From assembly GCA_028818155.1 (NCBI GenBank), contig JAPPOH010000005.1, positions 29,943-93,942 on the forward strand: 64,000 nt of DNA, written 5' to 3'. The stretch is from Candidatus Woesearchaeota archaeon. GTDB lineage: Archaea; Nanobdellota; Nanobdellia; Woesearchaeales; UBA525. Positions within the stretch are counted from its first letter, which is position 1, and each line of letters begins with the position of its first letter. Positions 63,346-64,000 of the stretch are shown one piece after another. Under the pieces are notes generated by a model. That model searched no databases, was not told the DNA's origin, and saw only the letters and a program-made list of their open reading frames with translations. The translations under genes were made by a program, and so were the position numbers.

Positions 63346-63597
63346 GTGGTCAGCGTTTCTCATGGTATGATTGAACGTGCACTCGAGACAGGCTATGAAG
63401 CCATTGAATCTGCTTACCGTCTTGCATTTGGCCCTAGAGGTAATCTCACTGCAACCGTACGAACCCCTCGAGAAGATTTTGGAAGTCTCCCATGGACACT
63501 TCGTACGATGAAAATAGATGCTGTAGTAGCATATCGCACTCTTCGATACAAGTCACTCAACGCGGCAAGAACTATCGATACTCGTCTCGGATTCTAA
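63346..63597 (+). CDS. hypothetical protein (83 aa)
   Basis: ORF-track ORF only. Confidence 0.3.
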   Translation: MVSVSHGMIERALETGYEAIESAYRLAFGPRGNLTATVRTPREDFGSLPWTLRTMKIDAVVAYRTLRYKSLNAARTIDTRLGF

Positions 63598-64000
63598 TCA
63601 CTCCATCTTCGCGTTGCCCATCCAATCGCGATGATCTTTCTTCATAAGACCAAGGGCAGCCTCAGGACCATGCGAGCCTGCAGGATAGAAATGAATACCA
63701 TTATCGGAAGAACGGAGTGCATCGGTGATCTTCCACGCCTGCTCCACGAAATCCCAGCGCGTAAAGAGTGTCTGATCTCCCTTTGCGCAATCCTCTAACA
63801 TAACCTCGTACGCCTCTGCCGAGTTCCCAGCAACTGCATCATGCACGTAACTCATCGCATGCGGACTCACTTCTCGGTCACCTTCAGCTAAATTAAAGAG
63901 AAACTTCACACCTTCATCAGGCTGAATACGAATGACAAGCACATTCTCGCCCGTACCGCGTTTCGCGTCACAAAACATCTTACAATCAGTATGTTTGAAG
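63598..64000 (-). CDS. zwf: partial CDS (3' part; runs off right edge): C-terminal domain of glucose-6-phosphate 1-dehydrogenase
   Basis: VLVIRIQPDEGVKFLFNLAEG, AYEVMLEDCAKGDQTLFTRWDFVEQAWKI and YPAGSHGPEAA are hallmark G6PD C-terminal motifs. The reading frame stays open to position 64000. Confidence 0.8.
   Translation of the reverse strand, partial: FKHTDCKMFCDAKRGTGENVLVIRIQPDEGVKFLFNLAEGDREVSPHAMSYVHDAVAGNSAEAYEVMLEDCAKGDQTLFTRWDFVEQAWKITDALRSSDNGIHFYPAGSHGPEAALGLMKKDHRDWMGNAKME

Overview
This is an archaeal chromosomal window: it carries Orc1/Cdc6, an N-terminal fragment of the PolD small subunit, RadA, an RPA-like ssDNA-binding protein, TrmB and tandem Lrp/AsnC regulators, and TTTAWATA-type TATA boxes. 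At the left edge, orc1 is flanked by a candidate replication origin with ORB-like dyad/G-string repeats next to an AT/purine-rich tract. Positions 1922-41697, about 62% of the window, form one co-oriented minus-strand block of five contiguous genes whose stops and starts overlap. They encode secreted proteins extremely rich in N-x-S/T sequons (575, 742, 3536, 2785 and 5406 aa; about 13,000 aa in total). The block is headed by a wHTH regulator gene with an operator-like repeat array and contains an unannotated 43-aa RHH-like ORF. The three largest proteins are paralogs with the same N-terminal architecture. Two of them share a C-terminal domain, and three roughly 820-bp near-identical coding cassettes recur between them. 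The right-hand 22 kb mixes housekeeping and accessory genes. These include an ATP-grasp enzyme, a secreted protein, small wHTH proteins, two toxin-antitoxin pairs, two DUF2283 genes, a TraB-family protein, glutamate dehydrogenase and an orphan receiver domain. They also include a free-standing I-SceI-like LAGLIDADG endonuclease with an HTH N-terminus, sitting just upstream of a small ORF translationally coupled to radA. A partial bacterial-type glucose-6-phosphate dehydrogenase runs off the right edge. I saw no rRNA, no intact tRNA and no CRISPR array. The ORF track accepts TTG and GTG as starts (for example orc1 at 1598 and the gene starting at 60404), so several start coordinates are approximate.
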